Origin: a virus
Lineage: Duplodnaviria > Caudoviricetes
Direction: 5' to 3' (one strand)
Length of the DNA stretch: 53,958 nucleotides
Virus record (IMG/VR): IMGVR_UViG_3300037313_000066
Span: 1 to 53,958 of that record
Shown: positions 26,068-35,417 of the stretch, in pieces
How the letters are laid out: each line of letters starts with the position of its first letter
Numbering within the stretch: position 1 is the stretch's first letter
Translations under genes and position numbers: made by a program
Notes under the pieces: generated by a model
Seen by the model: only the letters and a program-made list of their open reading frames with translations
Database searches by the model: none
What the model was told of the DNA's origin: nothing

Positions 26068-26551
26068 GGGCGATCTGCTCCTGCCCCCACATCGCCATGC
26101 CCACGGCATCGGCCACATCGTGGTTCTCGATGTCCTCGCCCCACTTGGCCCTGGCCGTAGCGAGCACCTCGTCCTTGCCGGCCTTGCCGCTGCCGGTGAT
26201 GAACTTCGCTCGGCTGGCGGGGGCGATCGTCTCGATCGGAACCTCGCCGGTCCACAGGTACTCGTAGACCTTCCACCACAGGCCAGCCCGCTCGTGCGGG
26301 TTGCCGAAGCGGCTGTTGAACGAGGGAGCCTCGATCGCTGCGAGGTCGATGCCCCCGAGCTGTGCGTACGCATCTGCCAGCCAGTCGTTGATCTGCTCGG
26401 CCATGGAGATGATGCGCGGCATGTAGTCGCCGTGCTTGTCGCCCCTCTTGCCGCTCGACTTGATGTTGCCCATGAGCGCCACCTCGCCGTCGACCGCCAC
26501 CGCGAGACCAGTGCTCGCGAGTGACAGGTCGAGGCCGGCGGTGACGATCAC
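26060..26551 (-). CDS. RuvC-like Holliday junction resolvase
   Basis: GLDLSLASTG, IEAP, GKAGK, HDVADA. Confidence 0.9.
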   Translation of the reverse strand: MIVTAGLDLSLASTGLAVAVDGEVALMGNIKSSGKRGDKHGDYMPRIISMAEQINDWLADAYAQLGGIDLAAIEAPSFNSRFGNPHERAGLWWKVYEYLWTGEVPIETIAPASRAKFITGSGKAGKDEVLATARAKWGEDIENHDVADAVGMAMWGQEQIALG

Positions 26552-26695
26552 GAGTCCAGCGCCCGGTCGAGGAGCAGGACCACGAACTCCATGGCCTGCT
26601 CGTCGGTGAAGCCCGCCTCAGTGAAGGCGTTGTAGATCCGTCGAAGGCCGATGGCCTGCTGGCGGTTCTGAGGAGACGGCTCGTAGTACCACGTC
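26548..26695 (-). CDS. Small hypothetical protein (AGFTxEQA)
   Basis: 3' part of ORF 26548..26769. Confidence 0.55.
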
Positions 26696-26800
26696 ACTCG
26701 ATCACCTCGCCCGTGGTCGTGCACTGGCCGAGGCAGTGACCGCACTGGGTCTCCAGCAGGTCTGACCACCAGCAGCGGATGCCCGCCTGGAGCCAGCCCA

Positions 26801-27016
26801 TCAGAGCCTCGGCTTCGGAACGCTGACCGGCTTCGCAGCCTGCTTCAGCATCTTGGCGATCTTGCGGGCCTGCTTCGGCTTGAGGACGACGAAGGCGTGA
26901 GCCTCCTCGCTGCCGAGGTGGAGGTCCAGGTAGATGTTCTTGCTGTCACTGAGGTACCGAATAACCTCGACCTGATCTCCGAACTGAACCTCGATCTTGC
27001 CTTGCATCTTGCTCAT
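26801..27016 (-). CDS. Hypothetical protein
   Basis: RBS GGGAG; operator copy between RBS and ATG. Confidence 0.7.
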   Translation of the reverse strand: MSKMQGKIEVQFGDQVEVIRYLSDSKNIYLDLHLGSEEAHAFVVLKPKQARKIAKMLKQAAKPVSVPKPRL

Positions 27017-27035
27017 ATCTACAGTACACTCTCCC

Positions 27036-27854
27036 TTAGTTGACGATGACGTTCCCGACCCGGTGGAACCGCGTCAGAGACGGCTCGCATCGCAGGGTGG
27101 TCCACCGCTTGGCGGTGGGGTCCTGCGGCCCCATGCGCTGCTTGATGACAGCGACGTTGAAGTTGAGGCTGTTCGGGTCGAGAGCGACAGAGATGGACAG
27201 CTCAGGCTTCTCGGATAGACCACCCTTGACCTGATCGCGAGAAGGAGGTGACCAAGGATCAGTCCTCGCATCCCACGACTTGTCGCTGGCGTGGTGCATC
27301 ACGATCACCGTTGCGCCGGTATCTCTGGCGAGCTCGGTCACCGACTGCATGACACCCATCTGGGCGGTGTAGTCGGCTTCTGCTCCCTCGAAGTCCATGA
27401 GGTTGTCGAAGACGATCACCTCAGGGAACTTGTTCCTGAGCTCCACGTAGGCGTCCAGCTCCTCATCGACCTGTCTCCAGGTGATGGGGGAGCCGAACGA
27501 GAACGTGATCTTGCTGTCGGCCAGGGCGTCCAGAACCTCATCACGGTCCTCACCGCCATGGGCTACCGCCGCCTCGATCTCCTCCGTCGTGTAGCCCGTC
27601 CTCTTGGAGGCGAGCCGGGAGGAGGCCGTGAAGGCGCTCATGTCGGCGCTGAAGTACAGGGTGTCGAGATTCATCTCGTCCACCCAGAACAGGGCGAAGC
27701 CACTCTTCTGGCTGCCGCTTCGCCCAGCGACCATGATGACCTGACCGTGCCTCGGGTCGAAGCCCTTCGCGTAGAGGTGCTCGAAGGCGTCTACGCGAGG
27801 GAGCTTCCGACCGGAGTCAGCGTTGAGGGAGAGTGCGCGTGCGGGGTTCAGCAT
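27036..27854 (-). CDS. DnaB/RecA-like replicative helicase (ATPase domain only)
   Basis: Walker A variant GRSGSQKS, YFSAD, IVFDNL, KQRMG. Confidence 0.88.
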   Translation of the reverse strand: MLNPARALSLNADSGRKLPRVDAFEHLYAKGFDPRHGQVIMVAGRSGSQKSGFALFWVDEMNLDTLYFSADMSAFTASSRLASKRTGYTTEEIEAAVAHGGEDRDEVLDALADSKITFSFGSPITWRQVDEELDAYVELRNKFPEVIVFDNLMDFEGAEADYTAQMGVMQSVTELARDTGATVIVMHHASDKSWDARTDPWSPPSRDQVKGGLSEKPELSISVALDPNSLNFNVAVIKQRMGPQDPTAKRWTTLRCEPSLTRFHRVGNVIVN

Positions 27855-27872
27855 GGCCCCTCCTCTCGCTCG

Positions 27873-28121
27873 TTACTTGAAGACGAGTCGACCCTCGAAG
27901 TCGAGGTCGCTCATGTCGGTGCGGGTGGTAACGCCCGTGTCGGAAAGGGCGTAGAAGAGGTCGTCCAGAAGGCGCGACCGAGCACCCGTGCCGACGATGC
28001 CGTATCCGAGGATGTCCCTCAGGGCCTGCGCCTCCTCGATCGAGAGCTCCAGCGCGACGACCTCCTGCTCCTCAGTGATGACCTTCTCGACCGTGACGGT
28101 CTTGGCCTCAGCGCTCGCCAT
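27873..28121 (-). CDS. Hypothetical protein
   Basis: TGATG coupling. Confidence 0.65.
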   Translation of the reverse strand: MASAEAKTVTVEKVITEEQEVVALELSIEEAQALRDILGYGIVGTGARSRLLDDLFYALSDTGVTTRTDMSDLDFEGRLVFK

Positions 28122-28552
28122 CAGCCGAAGCTCGGGGCAGCAGCAGCGGCCTCGGACCGCTTGGTGAAGTACGCGGCGACCTTCTCGGTCGTGGCGTCGT
28201 CCACGTCGGTGAGCACCCACGCGGTGTTGCCCGCCTTGGTGGTCTCCTTCGTGAGCCGGCCGACCATGGCCTGACCGACCACGCGCTCCAGCCGGTTGAC
28301 GACGCCCACCTTGTCGATGCGAACGCCCTTCATCACGGTCGGAGCAGCCGAGCCGTCGAGGTGCGCCTGGTTCTCGAACACGGTGATGTCCGCGATGACA
28401 TCGGTGCCGGTGCCGGTCTGCACGTTGTTGTACGTGCGGGGCTGGTTGTGCTGCACATCCTTCGGCTCGAAGAGGATGGCGGGAGCGACGGCGAGCTCCT
28501 TCGGCTTGAAGAAGTTGCCGCCACCGGAGTAGTCAGAGGGCTTAGCGAACAA
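28121..28552 (-). CDS. Probable ssDNA-binding protein
   Basis: OB-like beta-rich sequence; position upstream of helicase; aromatic C-terminus. Confidence 0.6.
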   Translation of the reverse strand: MFAKPSDYSGGGNFFKPKELAVAPAILFEPKDVQHNQPRTYNNVQTGTGTDVIADITVFENQAHLDGSAAPTVMKGVRIDKVGVVNRLERVVGQAMVGRLTKETTKAGNTAWVLTDVDDATTEKVAAYFTKRSEAAAAAPSFG

Positions 28553-28566
28553 GTTGGTTTCTCCTG

Positions 28567-28842
28567 TCAGTTGGCGATGAGGGCGCGGATGTTCTGCGCC
28601 TTGGTGAGGTGGTCGGCAGCGGCGTCGTGCGCCTCGTCCGAGAGCTGCTCGTAGAACTCGATGGTTCGACGGAGCCGGTCGATCTCGTTGCCGAGATCCG
28701 TGGCGATCGAGTGCTTGGTCTGCGCTGCCTGCTCCAGGTCAGCGATGACCGACTCGAACACCGAGGTCGCAGCAGCAGCCGCCGCGTGCGCCTCGTTCAG
28801 CCGGTCCTCAAAGGTGACCGGGGCCTTGGTCTTGCGGGCCAT
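28567..28842 (-). CDS. Coiled-coil hypothetical protein
   Basis: RBS GAGAGG. Confidence 0.75.
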   Translation of the reverse strand: MARKTKAPVTFEDRLNEAHAAAAAATSVFESVIADLEQAAQTKHSIATDLGNEIDRLRRTIEFYEQLSDEAHDAAADHLTKAQNIRALIAN

Positions 28843-28876
28843 GTTGTTCCTCTCCTATCTACTGTTCACACGAGGG

Positions 28877-29371
28877 TCAGCCGCCGAGCGACAGGCCCTT
28901 CGCCTTCCACGGGTCCATGTACTTGGCGTCAGCGAACGCCGCCTGGTTCTCGGCCCAGAGCTGCTTCAGCTCGTCGGTCGAGGTGGCGTTCTCGATGGCC
29001 TGGAGGATCGGGTCCACCGCCGGCGTCTGGGGAGCAGTGCCACCCGTGGGCCAGGGCGGGGTCTCTGCGCCCGCCTGAGCGCCGTTCGCGGCCTCGCCGG
29101 AAGGCTGGGGCAGCAGCGTGCCGCCAAGCTTCTGGCCGACGTTTCCGGCAGCCTTGAAGAGCGCCGTGGCCTCCAGCACCAGCTCGAAGAGCGGGCGATC
29201 GTTGGCCGTTCCGTCGAGCTGGAACACGTCGATGATCTGCTCGCGGACCTTCGCCGGCGTGCCGTGGAAGACGATCCAGGTACTCGGGGACTTGGCGTCG
29301 TTGTACTTGCCACCCGGCTCGTCGCCCTTGATGGTGACCGAGATGTCACCCGACTCGTAAGGGTTGCTCAC
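28877..29371 (-). CDS. Conserved actinophage replication-region protein
   Basis: SVTIKG...WIVFHG...LKQLWAENQAAF. Confidence 0.75.
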   Translation of the reverse strand: MSNPYESGDISVTIKGDEPGGKYNDAKSPSTWIVFHGTPAKVREQIIDVFQLDGTANDRPLFELVLEATALFKAAGNVGQKLGGTLLPQPSGEAANGAQAGAETPPWPTGGTAPQTPAVDPILQAIENATSTDELKQLWAENQAAFADAKYMDPWKAKGLSLGG

Positions 29372-29712
29372 GCGGGGACCGCCTCGGGGACGAAGTTGAC
29401 CACCGTGTAGAGGTCCTGCGTGAAGTAGGTGTCGGCCCACACGCGCTGGTTCTTCACGTCCAGGTAGTCGAAGCTGCCCAGTCCGTTGTCCTTGAGCAGC
29501 AGGAAGACGTAGCCGTTGCTGTCCTTCAGCACGTCACCCACCTTGAGCGGCGGGGCGATCTTCGTGATCTCCACGTCCGCGTCGATGTCGGCGGGGTAGA
29601 AGGCGAAGGTCAGGCCACCCTTCTCCACGAAGACCTCGTTGTCAGGGTCGATCGACTCGACCAGGCCCTCGAAGGTGACACGTACCTTGTCACCAACCTT
29701 GTAGTCAGTCAC
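29368..29712 (-). CDS. Hypothetical protein with SH3-like repeats
   Basis: KVGDKVRV and KVGDVL. Confidence 0.72.
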   Translation of the reverse strand: MTDYKVGDKVRVTFEGLVESIDPDNEVFVEKGGLTFAFYPADIDADVEITKIAPPLKVGDVLKDSNGYVFLLLKDNGLGSFDYLDVKNQRVWADTYFTQDLYTVVNFVPEAVPA

Positions 29713-29764
29713 TCATTCTCCTCTCCATCAGGGGTTACCCCCTGTGTTCTGTGTCTACAGTACA

Positions 29765-30814
29765 CTATGCGACCTTAATCAGCGCGCAGGAGCCACCCTT
29801 GTTGCGAAGCTCTCGGACCTGTGCGGCAACCTCGATCGCACGCCACCCGAGCCGAAGGTCAGCCCAGTAGAGCGTGCACTCGCCCATGCCAGCGGGCGCG
29901 TTCATAATCAGCCCCCACGACTGGTTGATGTTGCCGAGCGGAGTGCGCTCACCAGTGGAGGGGTCGTACAGCTTCGACCGCGAGTACAGCGAGAGCTGCA
30001 TCGCCATCTTCAGGGCTCCGTACTCGACGGTTCCCGTCTTGAGGTCGGTAATCAGGAGCTCGCCGGGACCGAACTTGTAGCCGTCAGGAGCGATCAGGGG
30101 GTTCGCCCCGTGCCACTCGCTCACGCGGTCAGGCGTGCCAGCCACCTGGAGGTCGTCGTGCACCACGAGCTTCTCCATGTGGACGATCTTCAGACCGGCA
30201 GTGGCCCGCTTGTAGGCGTCCATGTCGATCACGTCACCGAAGTCGATGCCCTTCGGCAGTTCGATGCCCTGGTCGACGAGCTCGCTCAGCCCGTGCAGCG
30301 CCGTGCCCTTGTCGGCCTTGTCCTCAGCGCCGGCCTTGAGTTTGGCGATCTTGGCCTTGCGGTTGAGAGCGTCCTTCGGCTCCTTCACCGCAGCCTTGGC
30401 TTCCGCTACCTCCTCAGCGGAGGCGTCCTTCGGAAGCATCTTCAGCCGCTTCTCTGCGAGCAACTGGCTCTCGTAGAGAGCGCCGACCTCTTCGAGGAGC
30501 GAGGGTTCACGGTCGATCCCGATGAGGACCATCCGCTCGCCCCACGTCATCAGGTTCGACTTGTCGTCGAGCACGTCGATGTAGGTCGTAGTGCGGGTGT
30601 AGGAGCGAGTCAGTTCTCCCGCACCCTTGCACTTCGGGCACTGAATGGGCTTGCCGGTCTTCGGGCTGGGGATCTTGCCGGGGATCTCGGTGCACTCAAT
30701 GCACCGCATCCTGATCCTCGGTCGACCCAGCTTGTCGCGTGGCACCTCGTTGTCGCCGCCAGCCTCGCGGACGGGTGCCTGCACATCAGATGGCTTGGTC
30801 AGTAGTACCGTCAA
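29765..30814 (-). CDS. PD-(D/E)xK (RecB/Cas4-like) exonuclease with Zn-finger insert
   Basis: GTALH, GTPDR, DLKTG, QLSLY; CIEC...CPKC. Confidence 0.88.
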   Translation of the reverse strand: MTVLLTKPSDVQAPVREAGGDNEVPRDKLGRPRIRMRCIECTEIPGKIPSPKTGKPIQCPKCKGAGELTRSYTRTTTYIDVLDDKSNLMTWGERMVLIGIDREPSLLEEVGALYESQLLAEKRLKMLPKDASAEEVAEAKAAVKEPKDALNRKAKIAKLKAGAEDKADKGTALHGLSELVDQGIELPKGIDFGDVIDMDAYKRATAGLKIVHMEKLVVHDDLQVAGTPDRVSEWHGANPLIAPDGYKFGPGELLITDLKTGTVEYGALKMAMQLSLYSRSKLYDPSTGERTPLGNINQSWGLIMNAPAGMGECTLYWADLRLGWRAIEVAAQVRELRNKGGSCALIKVA

Positions 30815-31101
30815 GCGGCCTCCTCGAACACTGGGATCAGATGGTGACGCACTCGACCGTCCTCGAACTCCTCAGCGGGGAACTCCCAGTCGGGAATCCG
30901 CTCCCAGCCGTATCCGTTCGCGAGCTTCTCCATCGAGACCAGGACGCTCATGCTGAATCCCGGCTCAGTGGTCAGGTGACCTTCTTCCTCATCTGCATTG
31001 AGGTAGAGAGTCACGCCGGCCAACTGGTGGTAGATCGCGAGCCTCTCGGGCTCGAACGGGTCTGTCTGCATCAGGTCCGTCGAGTTGAGAGTGATGGACA
31101 T
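30811..31101 (-). CDS. Hypothetical acidic protein
   Basis: RBS GGAGG. Confidence 0.7.
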   Translation of the reverse strand: MSITLNSTDLMQTDPFEPERLAIYHQLAGVTLYLNADEEEGHLTTEPGFSMSVLVSMEKLANGYGWERIPDWEFPAEEFEDGRVRHHLIPVFEEAA

Positions 31102-31177
31102 GGCGTGGGGCCTCCAGTCGGTCGCGGTCGGTAAGTGCACTGTAGACATTACCAGAGAGTTTGGTTCAGAACGACGA

Positions 31178-31210
31178 GGGGCCAGACCCGTCTGCATCGG
31201 GTCTGGCCCC
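31178..31210 (-). terminator. Stem-loop downstream of the repressor gene
   Basis: GGGGCCAGACCCG / CGGGTCTGGCCCC perfect 13-bp stem. Confidence 0.7.
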
Positions 31211-31328
31211 AGCTCTTGGAGGGAACATTAAAGGAGTGTGAAGGTCTGAATAACCAAAGTTAGCCCTACTGGCCGGTAATGAGCCGATCGGGAGGTAACA
31301 CTGGTCCGTCAGGACTAGGTGTCAATGA

Positions 31329-31787
31329 CTACTCTTCATCACCCTTCTTGCGCCCAGTCGGTCGATCGGGCACTCGAACGAGGTCGGTGTCGATCCCCTC
31401 ACGCGCCGGGACGTAGAACCAACCCTGCTCGGTGTCGGGGTCGTAGTGCACGACCAGCCCGTCCCGCTTGAGGTTCGCGATCCAGGTGTCCACCTTGTGG
31501 GTGTCCTTCTCCGACAGGGCGAAGCCAGCTCGACGGCGGGCCTCCTTGCGGAGCATCAGGATCTGGTACTTGTAGTTGTGCTCGATCTTCACGTTCCATG
31601 GGATGAGGTTGTTGTCCCACGCCACGCGGCGATCGAGACCCTTCCGCTTGCGGAACATGCTCCACATAGAGACCGAGGTCTCCACGTTGTACTTGGTCCG
31701 GTAGAACTCGATCATCTGGGGGTAGGTCGTTCCTGCCTCCAGCATCTTGATCGCTTCCTGCTCGTTGACGATCTTCGGCGCGGGCAT
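31329..31787 (-). CDS. Immunity repressor (L5 gp71/R4-like)
   Basis: N-terminal HTH-like region; IPWNV, LRKEARR, VVHYDPDTEQGWFYVPAREGIDTDLVR typical of this repressor family. Confidence 0.85.
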   Translation of the reverse strand: MPAPKIVNEQEAIKMLEAGTTYPQMIEFYRTKYNVETSVSMWSMFRKRKGLDRRVAWDNNLIPWNVKIEHNYKYQILMLRKEARRRAGFALSEKDTHKVDTWIANLKRDGLVVHYDPDTEQGWFYVPAREGIDTDLVRVPDRPTGRKKGDEE

Positions 31788-31947
31788 CTCTCCTCCTTCC
31801 GTTCCATTGAACGTGCAAGTGTGATCTTCCGAGTGTGTAATGATGACACATGTGAACTGGAGTTGCAATATCCTGGACGTTAAAGAATCCCCAGGATATG
31901 TTCAGCCTCCCCCATGATTCACGGTCCCTAGGAGAATGGAGTTGGCG

Positions 31948-32193
31948 ATGGCAAAGATGACGGTTCTGGTGTGCGACAAGTGCGGCAAGCAGGACGGCGT
32001 GTCGACCTACGAGATCAAGCATGACGGTGGTAGCGCGAAGGTTGATCTCTGCAAGGAAGATGCAGCGCCGCTGGCCGAACTGCTGAAGGCAGGAACGCCC
32101 ACGCCTCGGCGCGGTCGACCGAAGGGCAGCACTGCTGCTCGTGCTCCTCGCGGCACCTCGATGGCTGAGATCGACAAGCTGAAGAAGAAGTAG
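31948..32193 (+). CDS. Lsr2-like DNA-bridging protein with AT-hook
   Basis: MAKMTVLVCD...DGGSAKVDLC...L; PRRGRPKG. Confidence 0.78.
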   Translation: MAKMTVLVCDKCGKQDGVSTYEIKHDGGSAKVDLCKEDAAPLAELLKAGTPTPRRGRPKGSTAARAPRGTSMAEIDKLKKK

Positions 32194-32201
32194 CCCAGAA
32201 C

Positions 32202-32243
32202 GACGAAAGAGGCCCCCCGGCATAGAGCCAGGGGGCCTTCGTC
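32202..32243. terminator. Bidirectional terminator between the lsr2-like gene and the holin
   Basis: GGCCCCC-CGGC...GCCA-GGGGGCC with GACGAA/TTCGTC extension. Confidence 0.75.
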
Positions 32244-32252
32244 ATTGGTGGA

Positions 32253-32435
32253 TCAGACGCGGTTCTTCGACGGTACGACCGCAGTCAGGCCAGTGCCCGA
32301 CAGGAATGCGCCAGCGATCGCCAGCCACTCCGATGCAGTCACGCCGTTGTCGACGAGCGGCGATGCCACGAGGATCGCGGCAGCAATGCCACCAGCGACC
32401 AGCTTCACGCCGTGCTTGATGTCTTCCTTGTTCAT
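32253..32435 (-). CDS. Holin
   Basis: 60 aa; two TM segments; follows endolysin. Confidence 0.75.
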   Translation of the reverse strand: MNKEDIKHGVKLVAGGIAAAILVASPLVDNGVTASEWLAIAGAFLSGTGLTAVVPSKNRV

Positions 32436-32442
32436 GGTTACC

Positions 32443-33159
32443 TCACTTCTGGGGGAGAGAGTCGACGAGCTTGCGCAGCTCGCCAGCGATGTTGTGGACC
32501 TGCTTCCGGCTAGCCATCGCCTTGTCGAGCTCAGCGATGCCCTTGAGCAGTTCGGGCCGCGCCTTCTCGACAGCGGTCCGACCGGCCTTGACCGGAGGCT
32601 TGGCCGGGGGAGCGGGAGTGGTCGGGGTCTTGGCCGGCGGGGGTACCTGCTTGACCACGAACTTCGGGTCTGCGCTCTTCACGATCAGGCCATCGGGGTA
32701 GCCGTAGCCCTGCACGTGCGGGTCGCGCCGCTCGCGCTTCTTCAGGTACACACCGTCACCCTCGGCAGAGCCGTCCGTGTTGGTGTTGCCCTCGATCGTG
32801 TAGATGTAGGTCGCGTCGAAGTCGTAGACGATGCCCGTGTGGTACATGTCGCCGTTCGTGCCGAGGAACACCTGAGCCGGCACAGCCGGATACTCGCTCC
32901 ACTGCTTGGCGTTCTTGAACCAACGCGCACCGACATCGGTGCTGGCAGTGCGGGGGTACTTGTCCTTCACCCCAGCCTGCTCGGCAACCCAGGAGACGAA
33001 CACCGCGCACCAGGGCTGGCCCTGGTCGCTGACCCACTTGAGGTCAGGCATCGCCTCGGCGTACTTCTCCTTGTTGTTCCAGTGGCCGTTGCTTCGGCCC
33101 TCGTGGTAACCAACCTGCGACTTCGCGATGTTGACTACCTTGTCTGCAAGCGTGCTCAC
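32443..33159 (-). CDS. Endolysin, CHAP domain
   Basis: PWCAVFVSW, HTGIV, TIEGNT; P/T/K linker and helical tail. Confidence 0.92.
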   Translation of the reverse strand: MSTLADKVVNIAKSQVGYHEGRSNGHWNNKEKYAEAMPDLKWVSDQGQPWCAVFVSWVAEQAGVKDKYPRTASTDVGARWFKNAKQWSEYPAVPAQVFLGTNGDMYHTGIVYDFDATYIYTIEGNTNTDGSAEGDGVYLKKRERRDPHVQGYGYPDGLIVKSADPKFVVKQVPPPAKTPTTPAPPAKPPVKAGRTAVEKARPELLKGIAELDKAMASRKQVHNIAGELRKLVDSLPQK

Positions 33160-33479
33160 AGCTTCACCTTTCGTATGGCGTGGAGCTCTTCACGCACGGC
33201 ATCGAGGGCGGTCTGGAGGGCGTCGATCTTTGCCTCCAGCGCCTCGATCTTGGCGTCTCGTTGGCGGACCAGCGCTTCAGCGCGATTGGCCCGAGCCGTC
33301 TCGGCAACGAGGGTCTGGGAGAGGGTCTGCACCGCGATCTCCGCGCCTTCGACAATCAGGTTGTCGACCTCAGCGGGGATCTTCTTGCGAGTGGCCCAGC
33401 CCGAGATGAGGTGACCGACGAGGCCACCTCCACCCGTACCGAGAGCGGCAGTAGCAATCAGTTCTGCCGTGTCATTCAC
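33156..33479 (-). CDS. Membrane-anchored coiled-coil protein (lysis cassette)
   Basis: N-terminal hydrophobic Gly-rich segment, then coiled coil. Confidence 0.72.
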   Translation of the reverse strand: MNDTAELIATAALGTGGGGLVGHLISGWATRKKIPAEVDNLIVEGAEIAVQTLSQTLVAETARANRAEALVRQRDAKIEALEAKIDALQTALDAVREELHAIRKVKL

Positions 33480-33489
33480 GTGGGGAGTC

Positions 33490-34284
33490 CTAGGTCTTGA
33501 TGATGTAGTTGAGGCCGACGAACGCGGGCAGGTGCGGTGTGCCCGAACCAGTGCTCGCCGTCGAGCCAGTGAGAGTGTGGGTGTGCGCCCCGTCGTTGGA
33601 CACAGGGCCTCGCGCCGCCGTGTCCGTGGTGGACACGCTTCGGGCGATGTTGATGCTCGATGCACCCGTGCCTGAGCCGAGGTTGAGCGCGTGGTCGTGG
33701 CTGCCAGCCGAGGACGTGGCGAGCGTTCCGACGCCGTGGGTGTGGGCCGGGAGCTCGGCGGTGAGGATCTTGTAGTTACCGCCGCGCTGGCCGAGCGTGA
33801 TCGAAGTGCCAGCGTCACCGCCAGCATCGGTGCCGACACCGAGCGGGGAGCGCACCCGTAGGTCGGGAAGGTTGAACGTGGTGCTGTTGTCGCCCACGCC
33901 ATAGGTCGTACCGATCACCGCGAACAGCGCTGCGTACGTCGTACGACTCACCGCAGAGCCGTCGCAGATCAGGTAGTTGGCCGGGGCTGTAGCGCCCGCA
34001 AACGTCATCACAGCGCCAGTGGGAACCAGCGAGGTACTGACCGAGGTGTCGACGGTCTGCCCGCCAGAGCGGCCCTTCACGACCAGTCGCCGGCCAGTGA
34101 CCTGCACCCACACCCGGTCGTTCACCGCAAGGTTGCGGACCAGGGTGTCGGGCGTGATCGCCAGGGCGGCAGTCTCGCCGTCGAGCTTCACTCGCAGGGG
34201 GCTGGCCTGAGTGACCGTGCCCCACGTGTACCAGTCGTTCTTCGGCTCAGGAGCTGTCGGGATCAGGAGGTCGAGATTCTGCAA
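33490..34284 (-). CDS. Tail fibre protein with tail-collar domain
   Basis: PTGAVMTFAG...CDGSAVSRTTYAALFAVIG...FNLPDLR; HxH repeats; LNYIIK. Confidence 0.9.
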   Translation of the reverse strand: MQNLDLLIPTAPEPKNDWYTWGTVTQASPLRVKLDGETAALAITPDTLVRNLAVNDRVWVQVTGRRLVVKGRSGGQTVDTSVSTSLVPTGAVMTFAGATAPANYLICDGSAVSRTTYAALFAVIGTTYGVGDNSTTFNLPDLRVRSPLGVGTDAGGDAGTSITLGQRGGNYKILTAELPAHTHGVGTLATSSAGSHDHALNLGSGTGASSINIARSVSTTDTAARGPVSNDGAHTHTLTGSTASTGSGTPHLPAFVGLNYIIKT

Positions 34285-34295
34285 GGGGTTACCTC

Positions 34296-35417
34296 CTAGA
34301 GGCTCACCACCTCCACCAGCGTCGTGCTGGCGAGGGCGGATGGGTCGAAGTCGATGGACGTGCTCGCGACGCTGAAGTGGCCGTCGATGCCAGCGCCCTG
34401 GCGGCGGAAGCGCACAACGTCGTCGAGGAAGAGACCGGGCACCGAGCCGTGCTGGATCGGGATGGTCATGGAGGGAGTGGCCTTCGAGAGGGCCGTGGTC
34501 GCGTAGGCGTTGATCGCGTCCTGGAGCGTTCCGGTCGTCACCGAGATCTCCACGCTCTGCTCCACCTGCGTCACCCAGCGGCCACGGTTGGCGTAGGAGA
34601 ACGGCGAAGCAGGGTTGGTGTTCGTGGCAATGCCGATCACCCCAGGGGTGGACGCACTGCCCGAGGCGATGGCGACGTACTTGTTCGGCACCGAGTAGAT
34701 GTCGTCCTCGATCGAGTGCGAGGGCAGGTAGATCGAGTCGTCGTCGTCGAGGAACTCGTAGACCACGGGACGGGTGCTGGGAGCGCGGTAGGGCTCCACG
34801 CGGAACTGGCCCTGGAGGTCAGCCCACAGCGGGTAGCAGCCAGCCGCGCTGAGCATGTCGTTGGCGATCTGGAGCTTGCTCGTGCCGGCCTGCCACACCA
34901 TGTCCGCAGACACCGTGAGGCTCGATGCCGTGACAGCACCGGGAGCCTCGCCCGTCGTGGCGATCAGGGTCGTGATCGCGGTGACGAGGTTGGTGCCAGC
35001 GGCGACCGTGTAGGTCGCATCGACCGCATCCTGATCGAGGATGCTCACGCGGTCGAGCAGGTCGACAGCGAAGGTGCCACCGCCCGAGTCCCACTGCCCG
35101 GTAGGGGCAGCAGGCAGGAACACGCCACAGGGCTGCTCAGGCAGGCTCTCGTCGACGATCAGGACCGGCTTGACCCGAACCCCCGACCAGTTGATGTTCG
35201 TCTGTCCAGAGACCGTGATCTGGCCCGCTCCGCGCACGTTCGCGTCGGAGGTCCAGCTCACCGAGCCGCCCTGCACTCCGTCGAGCACGCCGATCTTCTT
35301 CCCGGTCTTGTCGAGCAGGTCGAAGCGGTAGGACGACTGGCGGTTCCCGGTAAGGGCAGAACCCCCGCCGAGGCGGGGGCTCGTGGTCGTGCCGTCAGGG
35401 ATGACTACCTTTGCCAT
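34296..35417 (-). CDS. Minor tail / baseplate hub protein
   Basis: Position in tail operon; beta-rich. Confidence 0.78.
   Translation of the reverse strand: MAKVVIPDGTTTSPRLGGGSALTGNRQSSYRFDLLDKTGKKIGVLDGVQGGSVSWTSDANVRGAGQITVSGQTNINWSGVRVKPVLIVDESLPEQPCGVFLPAAPTGQWDSGGGTFAVDLLDRVSILDQDAVDATYTVAAGTNLVTAITTLIATTGEAPGAVTASSLTVSADMVWQAGTSKLQIANDMLSAAGCYPLWADLQGQFRVEPYRAPSTRPVVYEFLDDDDSIYLPSHSIEDDIYSVPNKYVAIASGSASTPGVIGIATNTNPASPFSYANRGRWVTQVEQSVEISVTTGTLQDAINAYATTALSKATPSMTIPIQHGSVPGLFLDDVVRFRRQGAGIDGHFSVASTSIDFDPSALASTTLVEVVSL

Noticed and set aside
27700-27730. Helicase Walker A GRSGSQKS as an inactivating change
   Set aside because: The catalytic Lys-Ser and other motifs are intact, and I recall similar variants in related actinophage helicases
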